Origin: Octopus sinensis
Lineage: Eukaryota
Direction: 5' to 3'
Assembly: GCF_006345805.1 (NCBI RefSeq)
Contig: NC_042998.1
Coordinates: forward strand, 57,536,001 to 57,600,000
Length of the DNA: 64,000 bases
The notes under the pieces are model-generated. The model had not been told where the DNA came from. It worked only from the letters and a program-made list of their open reading frames with translations, and did not search any database. Shown here in pieces: positions 1-13,622 of this stretch (positions are counted from its first letter, which is position 1; each line of letters opens with the position of its first letter). A program made the translations under genes and the position numbers.

Positions 1-639
1 AAGACCGAACCTGAGTTAAATCAAAAAACACTAAAAATAATAATCTCTCTAATTTAGGTACAAAGCCATCGACCCCAGTGCGAAAACAGTTCTTTATTTT
101 ACTGACACGGAAAAGATGAAAAGTCAAAACTGACCTCCACGAGGATTTGATCTTAGAATGTAAAGAGCTGGAAGAAATGCCACAAAGCATTTTCGCTGAC
201 GTTCTAACGATTCTGCCACCTTGCCGCCTCTTTTAGTCACAAACCCAGCAGTTTTTGAGAGTAGTCTCTTAGTCGATACTATCTACTCCAATATTTCACT
301 GGTATTTTACCTTTCATTCTTTTGAGATCGATAAAGTAAGGTTCACTCCCCCCACAGAAGAAGTTGAAATAAGAATGCAACTAACATTTCTTTGTTAATT
401 TAGACACAAGATCAGCGATTTTGATGTGAGTTTGTTTGAAGGAGATTGGAATAGAAGCAAATAAATCGATACTCGACCAATTCAAGGCCGTTTGATGGCG
501 ATGATGATGATGGTGATGAGGGCTCCATATTGTAGTAAGAAGAGTGACCGGAATACTTAAAACAAATTAAATTCCGCTAATCACTCTCAAAGAATCTGTG
601 GTGGTATTAAACCGAGCGACAGATTAAGTCCACTAGTCA

Positions 640-3260
640 AGGAAACCATGGCAGGATATGATATAAAAATGCAAATATCCGGAACTAACACTACAAAACA
701 AAACAAACAGTCTGACGCTTTAACAATGGTCTGTACAAGTCTATTATCCAAGACTGTTATATTATTTATCGACAGAAGTCCCGCAAGGGAACAAGATGAA
801 TATGTTTTTCTCCACGCGTATATTTTATAGTAATACTCATAAATGAAACTACAACAATGTATATGTATAACAAAATGGAGAGAAAATAACCCGGATTTTA
901 ACATAACGATGGAACCCATCCGATCAGCTACCTTAAAATAATGCATTCACAAGACCTTCAATGTATACGAAATGGAAATATAACATTTGAAAGAAACAGT
1001 GCACAACGAAAACGCATGCGATGAACACAAAACAAATAACAAAAATAAAGATATTTTGTTCGGAGATTTCAAATATTTACGTAACAATCAGGAATAAAAC
1101 GAAACTCAGCATAATAAAACACATTCTGCTATCCCTACAGAACTTTGACCATCAAAACCCAAGCTAAAACAATGCAAATAAAAAGAATTATGGGATAAAA
1201 ATAAAAATAAAAACTCCCAAAGGGGGATATCGTGGACTTAACTTTCCAAAGGTGGAAGTAAAGAATTAAAAATAAAAGCAAATAATTTTTATGGAGCAAC
1301 GAAAGTGAGTCCTATAGATAAAATTCGACGATAACAAATAAAAAGCCCCAAACTAGCAGTTTTATGCTTTCGAAAAACGAAAAATGACACGAACAACATT
1401 GTGCCAAAGTTAAACGAAATAATCTACACAACAACCATTTTATGTATAAATGGAAATGAATATTTTCTCAGATCTACATTTACAGAAATATAAAAATGCA
1501 AGCAAAAGGCATGGAGAAATAATGTACTGAAGAAGATGGGAAATAAGGGAAAATATCTCACAATCCTTCAATGGAATCAATAACCTAATAACTACTGAAA
1601 ACCTAAAGGATAAACAAATACCTTCTGTCAGGTTGTTACATTATTGTAGTCATCAAAACCAAAGGACTCCTGAAACTTTCGAACTTCACTTGATCGCAAA
1701 GAATCTGTTGGTATGAAAAGCGACCGCGATATTTTGAGCAAAAAAAAAAAAGCATCATTAGATTCTAACTCAAAATAATTCTATCAACAAATAGGAAAAC
1801 TAAAATAGAACTTAATGCAACCACAAGAAGAAGAAATATAGAAAATTATGGAGAAGAGTATAGGTAGTTGATTAGTTTCCTAAAATGCGTTTGTAGAAAG
1901 CAACGAACACAGCATATGAACAATCTTGGGAGACTATATAGGCTCAAGGAACAGTTCAGATGAGATCACAAACGTCTTGTCAAAATACCTGACAAAGACA
2001 CATAAGGTTCTACAAAGGTATATAGATTACGGAGCAAACAACATAATAGAGTGAGTCAAGTAAGCGCACTGTATGGAAAACTTTGTTAACCACCAAAACT
2101 GAAGGAACAGCAAACCGTGAGAATTACAAGACAATAACCTGCCATCTCAGTCTACAAAACCGAGTTTGCAGTATTATTACAGAATAAATAAACATCTGAG
2201 CAAAGAACAAAAGAAAACCAACCTGTTTTTAGAAAAACTGAAGGAATACTGTACAGGTTCATGTCGCTGTGGTCAATGAAGTCAGAATATAAAGTTGGAT
2301 GAGAAGAAATAATGCTCTCAGAATAGCATGGATTGTTACCAGAAGACTTTGGGCAGTGTTCATTGCACGTGTATTCTGGAAACTTTAACTGTTCCTGACA
2401 CCAGTAATAAACCGAGTCATTAAACATGTAATGGTAAAGAAATGGCAAAAATTTAACAGATTGGAACAACAGTCATATTAATCAGAACTAAACAGCATCC
2501 ACATTAGAAGGCAAATATTCTGAGAGAACCCTTCCCTTCACTTCCTATCTCAAGCGGTCTAATCGATATGTTAAACATGACTGAACTCGTATATAAATGG
2601 TATGGGAGGACAATCAGCCATCTTTTGTATAAGGATGACACCAGGCATTATGCTGCAGTTAAAAGTCTGATGCCGACAGGACACAGATTGATTAGAAAAA
2701 TACACCTTTGATGGGATTATCATTAATTAAGAACACAAATAACATGCTTGATGCAAAAATAGAAATAAAAGAATAACAACAAAGAAACAAACAGAGATAC
2801 TTAGGATTCAAAGAACAGGACAGGTTACAACACAAACAAATGAAAGAAAAGATTAGTAAAGAATAACCGAGCTATGTGTACGAAGTAAGATAATAGGCAT
2901 CATTACAATAGATGTCTTAGTAATGAGTTTATTTTCAACTGGATACTAACTGAACTGGCGGACTAGACTGAAAAATAAGCAACGTTTCTCTATTAACAAT
3001 ACATCACGAGTTCAGATCCAGAAATATTACCATTTCGAGGAAGTAGAACTTTTTGGCAACTAGAAAACTATCATAAAATATCCACTGCAGAACTATAAAA
3101 ATATGCTATAGAGAACCATGGGAAATTAATTCAAATAGCTACAAGACAAGAATAAAACACACAAAAACTGTCTTCAAGAAAGTCAACACATTCGAAACAA
3201 ATCTAAAATGGCTAACAAATTATGAGAAAGATGAAGAAGGTACAACAGAAATTATAGGAG
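640..3260 (+). mobile_element. Highly decayed R4/Dong-like non-LTR retrotransposon
   Basis: Broken RT motifs: ENYKTITC (~2119, cf. ENYRPITCL), ISHLLYKDDTRHYA (2613, cf. ISHLLYMDDLKLY), RYLGFKEQDRLQHKQMKEKISKE (~2795, cf. the 21211-21951 ORF). Many stops and frameshifts. Confidence 0.65.
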
Positions 3261-3269
3261 TTAGAAACT

Positions 3270-4410
3270 AATCTTCTCCCGGTTCACAAAACTGGAATTT
3301 CCTCGTTCTGCTGCCAGTTGCAGTAGACAATGGCCATTAACTTGCCAGGCAAATCCGGCATATAACCACAAAACTCATTGAGCAGCTCATTTAAAGCAGG
3401 TGATTTGTCCTTTGCGCAACTGCTCACTAACTCCCTGGCCTCAGTTACCGATATTGGCCAGTCACAGTATCTCGCATCTTCGGCATTCAGCCACAGCAGG
3501 CTATAGTGGTCGGCACTGAAGCTATAACAATTGCTTGCTTCGAAAAGTTAAATAAAGTGCTGCTGAAAAGACACTCATCAGCACTTTACAAAATGCGTTG
3601 ACTCATATCTAATCACCCTTTTCAAGGCGCTCCACTATCGGTGCTGACCACTATCCCTGATAACTGTTCCTTGGCTAGTATGTTAATCCGGTCCCTGTAA
3701 TCTTTGCATGCCAGGAAACATGAGTTCAAATGTCAATTACTAAGACCCTTTTTGCAAGTCATATCTAAGTCTCTGCATATAAATTTATAGATTGGTTACC
3801 CGACTAGATTAGATTATGGACACCCAACTCTATCTGTACCCGTTACCATAACAAACACTCTATTTTGTACCTTGTTACAATCAGGATGAGTCACTGCGGT
3901 TGCTTTACGTCCACACTGAAATATGATGGAAATTCAAAGTCTGAATTGTCTGAGTAGGTTTTTGAGGCTTTTTAATTCCCTTTTCCTATGGGTTATTACC
4001 ATACTATTCCATCGCTCGTCTAAAAAACAATTCCACTTCTACACTTGTATTAAAAAGCGGCTATAGATAAGAAAGTTTCTAGATCTCTAGAGAAATCTAA
4101 CTGCTCTGTTTCTAATAGCACTGCTTTTACTATCGTCTATATTTTGTACAACCGACTTACAGTCTGATCCTCGGAGATTGTCTGTACTTCTAGACCGAAT
4201 TCGTTCTGAAAAAGCGCTGCTACGCCACCGCATCACATTTTTTTTACTACACCCTGTGGTCGTCAAAATGAGTGTGAGTTGGTGCATTCCAGCACTGTCC
4301 AACATATTTATGTCTAGTGATCTGAGGTCGTTGACGAAGTTATCATGCTTCCAAGCTGACCCAAGATAACATATACTTACATATTGTCTCTGACTCCATG
4401 TCTTTTGGAG
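3270..4410 (-). mobile_element. Decayed L1/Tx1-clade LINE ORF2 5' part (APE, linker, start of RT)
   Basis: Minus-strand remnants: LGSAWKHDNFVNDLRSLDI (APE start), HLNSCFLACKDYRDRI (cf. WKLN), CDWPISVTEARELVSSCAKDKSPALNEL (cf. KSPGLDGL). Abuts (TG)n. Confidence 0.55.
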
Positions 4411-4446
4411 AATATGCGTGTGTGTGCGTGCATGTGTGTGAGTGTG

Positions 4447-4504
<58 letters not shown>

Positions 4505-5199
4505 TGTGTGAGTGTGTATGTGCATATTAGCAAATGTTTTCTATTAGCAGACGTTTTCGATTAGCAAATGTTTTCTATTAAAAACACTTTGTGCTATCAA
4601 TTTCGTCCGAATTGCAAAGACACTTTCTTATCACTTTATCGTAAATGCAATGAATCACGATGTCTGATCCATGGTATGACTCTATTGTTCATAGGATGAT
4701 ATATAATTAAGAATTTGCAAATTATTTTAGAAATGAGACATGTAAAAAAACAACAAAATCCCCGGTGTCTGTTACTGATTTGAATTCTGACGAATACATT
4801 TGGGGAAATACATTGTTATATTGATGTTGCAGGAAATGCAAAATATGGAAATAGCAAACAAAGCTCGTAGGCAATGCCTGTATCTTTATTAGAGTATTGT
4901 GTCTATTACTATTCAATTTAAAACAAAGGCGTTTTCATAAATGTATAATTTTATTATGTTGTTCATTGTCAGATTATCTTTGATTAAGCAGTCATCTAGT
5001 AAGCAGGTTGTCGGCTGAACGACTAAATCCGACCCACATAACTATTCTTCCAATGTACATCTCCGTCTAGTTGAATACCATGACACATTTTGACGTTCAG
5101 TGTTGTTATCATATGGGGTACAGAGCGAGAGATTTGACCTGTTGTATTCTTTACTGTGCTCTATATTTTTGTAAACTTGTTAATGCAGCTAACACCGAG

Positions 5200-5480
5200 A
5201 ATGCATTGATGACCCATATCGACGTTAGGAGATTTCCTGCCCATTTCACTGCAAGCAGAGATCCCAATAGTGGCTACATTAGAGGTTAGCAGCGTGATAG
5301 TTGCTGGTCCTTTCCACTGCAAATATTTTTGTTTGTGTATAGCTCAGCCCACAGGTTAGGGTTGGTTTGGCTATTGATATTGTAGCTATTTCTGTGCATA
5401 TGTATTTTTTGAAGTTCGGTTTGACTAATTTGGAAAAGCATTGTCATAGAGCGATGCGATTGTAATGTTCTAGGCTCGTC
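5200..5480 (-). mobile_element. Possible decayed LINE RT C-terminal fragment
   Basis: ISQTELQKIHMHRN followed, in another frame, by TQTKIFAVER; resembles the post-RT region of I/Ingi/RTEX-type LINEs. Weak. Confidence 0.3.
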
Positions 5481-6669
5481 GCCAAACAACGACGTATATT
5501 ACAATACTTATATAAGGAAGGTGATTAGCAAGAATAGATGACATCAGGTAGATTTATCATGTGGTTATTATTGTTTAACCCCAGACTACCCCTATTCGAA
5601 CAGACCTACAATCAAAAGCAAGATAGTTGTGACAAATTTCGTCCATTTCCTACGCACAGAAATCCTAGGACAGCATTTGTCAATTCTCTTTTCTAAAAAG
5701 GTGCGGTGCGAGTTTGAGATGTGTATGTTATTTCTTACAAGTCGAGCGACTGAGTCGAGGCATCCTCATGTTGTGATATTCAGATTACTATTATTTCTGT
5801 TCTGAGTTTAAATGTCACTGACATTAACTTTATTTTTAATTTTGCCATGGTCGATAAAATAATCAGTGTTAAGTACTAAGATCGAAATAATCAACTGTTT
5901 CACTCTCATTTTCTATGAGATTTTTGTTACTGTGTTAAAAATCATTCCAATTTTTATATATTTTTGTTTATCCATGTAGCTTTACTATTTTTATTTGTTT
6001 ATCATAATGTTTGTTTATCATAATGAAATTACAAACAATCTATCTTCCACTAAAAAAATTCCATTGGGTTTACGAAACTTTTGTAGTAAGGATAATGGTA
6101 AGAAGAAGAATTATTTAAATATCGCGCCAATGCATCAATATAGTGAGAAATGCTTCAAGACAAAGTTAGGTAAATATAAGTACATGAAATATTGACGAAA
6201 TAAAGAATACCTGCTAGAGGCACTAGTCATTATCGGCAAGACATTTTAACACTATTAAGATTTAGAATAACTTACGGTGGAGAAAACAGCTGTAATGTTT
6301 GAATACGAAGCACAAAACCCATCAGAATTATTGGCATTGCACTTGTCTGTTCACTTTCAATACAAATATCAAATCAATATGCTCTCGGAAAGACAAATAC
6401 ACACTTAGTAGATAGTGTTATATTGCTTTATGAACAAAAGAGATGTCGGAGAAACGATTATCGCTCTAAGGTTTATCTATATCTCTAAAAGTCTATTGAT
6501 AAACAAGGTAATATCAGAAAGGGAAAGTGAAGCATGGCGTAGTATTATGAATATATCCCAGTCTTCTTCAATGACGGTCTTTAAATAATAACATATTTAG
6601 TTACAATAAATCAAAGCTATATGCTCGCGCGTGTGTGTTAGAGAGAGAGAGAAAGAGAGGGAGAGGGAA

Positions 6670-6709
<40 letters not shown>

Positions 6710-8175
6710 TGTATTAAACACGCTATGAGATAGGAATCGTGGAGGGGCGAAAAATCTATAAATAGATTCATATGCGCTTTAGATTAGGTTATTAGAATCT
6801 AGTTTATTATCAGAAACAATATTGTGGATATTAATAAATTTATACCGGCGTTATGAATATAAATAGTGTCAATATAATAGACTGGGTGATGGCCGAATTG
6901 ATAAAAACGGAAATACAAGACTCGGCAAGACAATTTTAGCACATACTAATCTGAAATTGACATAACAAAATATATTTATCACCAGCTAAAGGCGGATAAA
7001 AGAATTTATAAGCAAAATGTTGTTTGATTGCATTGGAAAGAATGTCGGAAACACCAGCAAATTAATAACAAAGTATTTGAAAGAACGTGAGAAGAGTTTT
7101 CTAGAAAAATCATAATTTTTCTAGACATCCAACAAAGAATTGTTAATTGTGTATAAATGATGAATATGTGTAGAAATACGCATATAGAGGTGTGTTTATA
7201 CGTGAATGTGTAAAGAGAGTTGTGGAGAGGATATTTGCTACAGTTGAGACGACAGGCATCATGATGAAATCTATAAGCCAAATACAATATTTAGAATTGA
7301 GCAAATATCTTTGTTTCTAATTTTGGTACAAGTCAGCAGTTTTGATGGGAAGGGCAGGTTGATTACATCGATTTCATTAATTTCAGTACTAGACTGGTAT
7401 TCATTTTATCGACCACGGAAGGATGAAAGACAAAGTCGAACTCGGCAGATTTGAATTCAGAAAGTAAAGGAATAAGAAGTGCTGCAAAACATTTTTTCCC
7501 TATGTGCTAATGATTCTACCAGCTCGCCGACCTCAACGAAACTAATTAAATAAACACAAATATATTTGATATATCCTGGAGTATATCATTCAGGATAAAT
7601 ACAGACGGCCTCGGTGTAATTTGAACATATGACGAAATCTAAAATCAGATGTTATGAAGCAGCTAGTACTACTGTTTGCAATTTGCATCACATTATTGCC
7701 CATCGGCTGCAAAGAGTGGTAAAAATCGATTGTACGATGAGTATAATTCATTGATTTTCTATATAAAATTTGTCGTCTAAACATAAACACAGCTTTAATA
7801 ACGGAACACATGTCTTAAATTCAGAATTTAAATTAAAATAATTATACACAATTCCATTTATATCAACAAAGAGTTCACAGACTTTTTCTTATTTCGTTTT
7901 AGCTGATATGAAAACGCTGACCTATATTTTAGTAATTATCGGTTAACTTCCTAAAGTCAATGAAATTAACTTTTATAAATGACTCATAAGTATTGGTTGC
8001 GAGTTTAATTTTAGAAGAAGGCATCTCTACATAGAGAAACATGTTCTATCTATCTCTGCCTATCTCTCTAATCTTCTATATATCCATCAGCTTATCTAGC
8101 TTATCTGACTAGCAATTCTCTTTCCCTTTCTCTCTCTCTCTCTGTATATATATATATATTTATATATACATCAGT

Positions 8176-8410
8176 GGAGGCGCAATGGCCCAGTGGTTAG
8201 GGCAGCGGACTCGCGGTCATAGGATCGCGGTTTCGATTCCTAGACCGTGCGTTGTGAGTGTTTATTGAGCGGAAACACCTAAAGCTCCACGAGGCTCCGG
8301 CAGGGGATGGTGGTGGTCCCTGCTGTACTCTTTCACCACAACTTTCTCTCACTCTTCCTTCATGTTTCTGTTGTGCCTGTATTTCAAAGGGCCGGTCTTG
8401 TCACTCTCCC
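8176..8410 (+). mobile_element. tRNA-derived SINE (OR-like), 5' portion
   Basis: Box A TGGCCCAGTGG, box B GTTTCGATTCC. Body matches the reverse complement of ~33600-33758. Confidence 0.8.
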
Positions 8411-8737
8411 TCTATATATATAGTCGATACACAAAGTTGTTAAAAGATCGGCTAGAATGCTTACAAAATCTGTTCCAGCTCTCTGCATTCCGAATTAAAA
8501 TCCAGCTGAGATCAACCTCGCTGTTCAACACTTCGTGGTCCGTAGATAAGCTATCAGTCCAGCTGTAGTATAGCTTTCCCTCTTTCCACCAGTTGCAACA
8601 CAATTGTTTAATTTGTTTACATAATATTTTCGTGTAATGATCGTTTGTATCCGCTTACGGTCTTATGTTTGCATGCGCGCATGCACGCCCCCCCCCAATA
8701 TATCTTTCGTACAAATATGTATGTGTGTGTGTGTGTT

Positions 8738-9270
8738 GGTGCAGGCGTGACTGTGTGTAAGAAGTTTACTTCAATACCACAGGGTTGTTGGTTTAGTTCT
8801 ATCGCGCGACTCCTTGGACAAGTGTCTTCTATAGCCTCGGGCCGATCAGAACCTTGTGCATGGATTTGGTAGACGTGTGCATGTATGTATGTATGTATGT
8901 ATGTATGTATGCATGTGTGTATGTATGTATGTATGTACGTATGTATGTATGTATGCATGTGTGTGTGTATGTATGTATGTATGTACGTATGTATGTATGT
9001 ATGTATGTATGTATGTATGTATGTATGTATGTATGTATGTGTGTATGTGTGTGTGTGTATATGTGTATGTGTGTCTGTGTGTCTGTGTTTGTTCCTCCAA
9101 CACCGCTGGCAACAGGTGCTGGTGTACTTAAGTCTTAGTAACTTAGCAGCTCAGTAAGTACCAAGCTCAAAGAAATAGGTAGAAGGGTCGATCCTTTCGA
9201 CTAAAAATTCTTCCAGGCGGTGCCCCAGCAGGGCCGTGTTCTAATGGCTCAAAGAAGTAAAAGATGAAAC
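8738..9270 (+). mobile_element. Bipartite SINE, diverged, (TATG)n spacer
   Basis: Diverged left and right halves around a ~200-bp (TATG)n/(TG)n tract. Confidence 0.75.
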
Positions 9271-9308
9271 AGTATATATATATATATATATATAATATAT
9301 ATATATAT

Positions 9309-10412
9309 TGTTGTGAATAGTTCAGTTCACGGTACTTCTTGATCTACTTTGCTTGGCTTAGAGACGGGAAGTCTGCAGTGTAAAGTTAAAGTCCTTTGTT
9401 TGCTGGAAGAGTAATGGGTTTTGGAGGGACTTTTGGCCTTGTGCGGTCGATTGGGGGTCAGAGAGATGTGAGGGCCGAAGAAGAGGAAGAATCTAGCAGT
9501 AGTGAGAAAGATAGAGTAAGGAATCTAAGAGCAGATAGAGAGGATGACAGGAGCAGCGCGATTAAGATAGGGACATGGGACCAGGCGCAGATAGAGAGGG
9601 TATAAGCAGTAGAGACAGAGGGAGATTAGGGAGTGGCAAGGACAGAGCAAGTGAGGTTTTGAGGTAGTTGGTATTCGGTCGTCAAAGAGAGTAGTCGGAT
9701 TTTGGTTGTCAGGACAGGAAGTTGGGATGCGAGAGCTTGGCAGGTTGGAGCTAGCGACAGACAGAAAGGGATATATTACAGAGGAATAAGCGGTACAGAG
9801 AGAGATGAAGTGCAAGATGGGACACTGGCTATTCAATTAGGAATTAAGGTATTTGATTATGTATTGATACGTGTCACGATGTAAAGAGACAGTGAAAAGA
9901 AATGAGACAGTGAAATGAACAATTTGAATTGAGTCAAGGACTTGTCGATGTGTCGATTATCGAGTTGTGGTATTTATGTTCAGGATTGTGTTGATATGTG
10001 TAGAAAAAGACTTTAAAGAACTGTGAACGTTATCTGTTGAAGTGATTTGGAAAAGAACTGTGTCTTCGGACGTGTACCTTTGAAATGCTGATATATATGA
10101 CTTGTTGTGTCGTTACCGGACTGTTATTTTGTTACTTGCATGTTTAAATGCTTTGATCTGTGGTATACCCGTATGATGTATTGATTTGTTGTTTCCTTTA
10201 AATGCTTTGATGTTGTAACAATTGATTGTCATATAAACTAGTTGTTGAATGTAAGCCAGTTGTTGCCGTTTTGCCTCTTTGTCTCTCTCGGTTGCCTCTG
10301 TTTCTCTGTGCTGCTGCTGTTGTTGTTGTTGTACCTCTCCTCTCTCCTCTTTGGGTTCTGTGGCGAACTTGCACCGTTCGGGCGAGCAGCGACGACGGGT
10401 GATTCCGTAACA
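9309..10412. mobile_element. Solo LTR (~1.1 kb)
   Basis: TGTT...AACA termini, unique internal sequence without coding motifs, inserted in (TA)n with ATAT on both sides. Confidence 0.7.
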
Positions 10413-10744
10413 ATATATATATATATCCACGTGCACATCTGTGTGCATGTATATGATGGACTCTCCCGTCGAAAATGTCGCATGAGTATTCTGTTTTATC
10501 CTGAAGGACCTGCACGAACGATCTGCTTATTGAGATCTCTTATTGAGATGTATGTGCTCGCCATTCGCTCACCCCCGCTATCAAATCGACGTTGCCTGAA
10601 CATGTGCACGTTGCATCACATATCAGATGTCGAAGAGCAACATGAGATGAAGTGTCTTTGCTGAAGAGCACCACGCACCACTCGAGCCAGGAATTGAAAC
10701 TGCGGTTGCGTGTGCCTCTCCCTAATCACTAGGGCACTAGCACT

Positions 10745-10812
<68 letters not shown>

Positions 10813-10813
<1 letters not shown>

Positions 10814-11018
10814 GAGTGTGCTATCCGTATAATTTAAGTGATAGTTGTTGTCATCTCCGATGTCGTCCACTCCGTTATCCACAAACTTCAGTTTGATATA
10901 AAACAATTGTAGCTCATGCTTTACCTGTTCTACTCCTTACATTCGGATATGTATAATGGAGTGGGCGTTATGGGAGGTGATAGCAACCATCACTTAAATT
11001 ATACGGATAGCACACTCA
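10813..11018. mobile_element. MITE-like foldback element
   Basis: 30-bp perfect terminal inverted repeats (TGAGTGTGCTATCCGTATAATTTAAGTGAT); imperfect pairing continues toward the centre. Confidence 0.8.
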
Positions 11019-12457
11019 CTACTACGATCGTAGTACCTCATGAGACTAGAACATGCAGCCTCTTTAATACACATATAGCCTTAGGAGCAGGTATTTCTTT
11101 TAATATTCCTATAACACCTGCGACGAAACAATGTAACAGCAAACACCGTGCCTCCTGCTCTTTTGAAAATAAATGTTTTGCTAAGTATATTGAGTATAAG
11201 TGCACGTTTTCTACAGATCAATCTTGATTTGCTTGTGTTGGTGCGCGCAATACCGCTTTCAAGGTGAGATTTCAGTACCACCTTTCTAGCTTTCGTTCTG
11301 AGGTTAGGACTAATTGTACATCTCTGTCAAGGCTAATCCATGACAGAGATGGATGGTCCATGGCTTAGCACGCTAGACTAGATAGGGGACATAGTAACAA
11401 GTGTAGAATCTGCATTATTCATATTACTTATATTATGCAATCTAAAATTTGTGTCTATAAACTGTCGATATTGATTATGTAATACATGCTTAAAGTATAA
11501 CTATTGATTTCTCTACCTCAGCTATTAATCCCCTTAGTCCTCTTGACCTGTCTGTAATCCTGAGGTTTCTTATTGCTAGAAATAAATCAAACCGACTCAC
11601 TAGTCACAAGAGCACTATCTTAATGACGGACAAAGGACATGAGCTCCCTTTGCAGACATAGCATTTTCATGTAGAGCATCTTAATTATTGTCGGTGGATC
11701 AGCTCACCTTGTCGGTTTCTAAGAAAGCCACCGCTAAACTCGTACGCTGATGTTAAAGACGATAAAAGTGAAAACTATAAATAATATGGGTGGCTTATTA
11801 GCAATTCAAAAACCTAAAGACAAATTTATAGACGTCACTCAAGTGACTGAGAATACTAATTGGTACCGGCATTGCTACAAATGAGAGTGTATGTATGTAT
11901 GTATGTATGTATATACATACATACATATATACATACATATATGTACATACTTGCATATATGGGTACAGGACGTCACAAAAAGTAAACAACATGGAATACA
12001 AAGGCAACTTGGATATGCGGACAACGAGAGAAACAAGTGGAAAACAAAACAAATAACATAAAGAACGACCCTTCATCAGTTGTGGGCTGTTCATGAACTC
12101 TATATTTCGAACAATTCACGATAATATGAGGCTTCGAAAAACAGTTACTCACGTGAACACAAACAAAAAAAAATTTGGGATTTGTGAAGCGCCAAATTTG
12201 GTAACAAAAAAACAGGAGAGTGGAAACATACAACAAATCAAACGAAAACAAACATGGAGGGCCGTTAGGCCAGACTGGGTAAGGTAGCGGACGCTGGAGG
12301 ATTATTTTTTGAGAAGAGAAAAGATAGGAGAGGAGACAGATAAGAATGCGACTGGCCTGTGCGACAGAGTGAAGATCAAGTGAGGAAAAGAAAGATGGAC
12401 GGGGATCACGTGTGAACAACGAAAGGAAGTAAAGAATCATATATATATATATATATA

Positions 12458-13049
12458 GCAGCAAAATCAAGGAGCGGCCATAATAGGCCATTCACCCACT
12501 AGAAATAACAGCCAAAGCTTCAACCGCAAAACAACATTAATTCCGCAAACCAGGAGAAAATTAAAAAAACATTTACCCTGTAGTTCTTTATACGATGCAC
12601 CGTTTCATCTATTGTTTTATGGTAAACTAACCTGATTAATTAAATCAAGCTAGTCTTCCATAGGCCGATAGATTCGTCAGTAAAGAACGGCCAGATCGGA
12701 GCAGATATTTACACGAGGCACTTCCATCACTGTCTCGGCAATATCTGACCTAAAATTTTCAAATCATCGCACTCGCGCCAAATTTATCGACAGCAAATAT
12801 AAGCCGCCGATTCCATTACGGATTAACCAGAAAATTCATAATTAATCAATATAGGGTGCAAAAAATTTCGTAGAATTCTTTTGCCACCAGCGGCCTAGTG
12901 GGAAAAAAGTAATAGTCATAGACCATTTATAAATTCAACAGCAAAATCAAGGAACGGCCATAATAGGCCATTCACCCACTAGAAATAACACCCAAATCTG
13001 GTGGCAAAGAATTCTACGAAATTTTTTGCCACCCTATATTGATTAATTA

Positions 13050-13050
<1 letters not shown>
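12458..13050 (-). mobile_element. Hammerhead-bearing non-coding element (Penelope pLTR/retrozyme-like) with direct and inverted duplications
   Basis: Flanked by (TA)n on both sides; contains the 12583-12688 hammerhead. ~55-bp direct repeat (12458-12516 / 12938-12996) and ~54-bp inverted repeat (12838-12891 / 12998-13050). Confidence 0.55.
12583..12688 (-). ncRNA. Type I hammerhead ribozyme, canonical core
   Basis: Minus strand reads GUUCUUUA-CUGACGA-AUCUAU[55-nt extended hairpin]AUAGAU-GAA-ACGG-UGCA-UCGU-A-UAAAGAAC. 8-bp stem I, intact CUGANGA/GAAA core, stem III with a palindromic loop, GUA cleavage triplet. Confidence 0.85.
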
Positions 13051-13107
<57 letters not shown>

Positions 13108-13313
13108 TATATATTATGTATGTATATATATATTATATATATATATTATATATATATATAACTAATTATAATTTAGGGTATCTAAGAGATACTTCCTCGC
13201 TGGAAATAGCCGACAAAACTTGAGTCTAAAACTCACATTAAATGTTCATACAGCACCTGATAAAATAGGTATTTAAATATGGATCTCATCCTTATTTATA
13301 TGTATATTATATA

Positions 13314-13355
<42 letters not shown>

Positions 13356-13356
13356 A

Positions 13357-13388
<32 letters not shown>

Positions 13389-13407
13389 CATATATATATA
13401 TACATAC

Positions 13408-13622
13408 AAAATGTGACCGCGTGTGTACCGTTGGCGATTTTCCTCCGTCTTCCCTTCTTTGGATCTTTCCTTTCCTGAGTTTCTGACGAAGAGCTCCGCT
13501 CGAAACGTTAAATCTTCCTTCTTTCCTTCTTTCCTTTTTTCCTGAGCGTCCAGTAATACTATACTTGTTCCACGTCCTCGCGTTGTTGTGTTTTCTCTTT
13601 GTGTTTTCATGTTTGGATTAGC

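Noticed and set aside
8176-8250. tRNA-Arg-like sequence (also at 38750 and 57992)
   Set aside because: No closed acceptor stem or T-run terminator; continues into a repeated SINE body.
12060-12150. Minus-strand CTGATGAAGGG and CGAAAT motifs suggesting another hammerhead
   Set aside because: The core halves are in the wrong order or incomplete, and no consistent three-stem fold could be drawn; at most a decayed pLTR.
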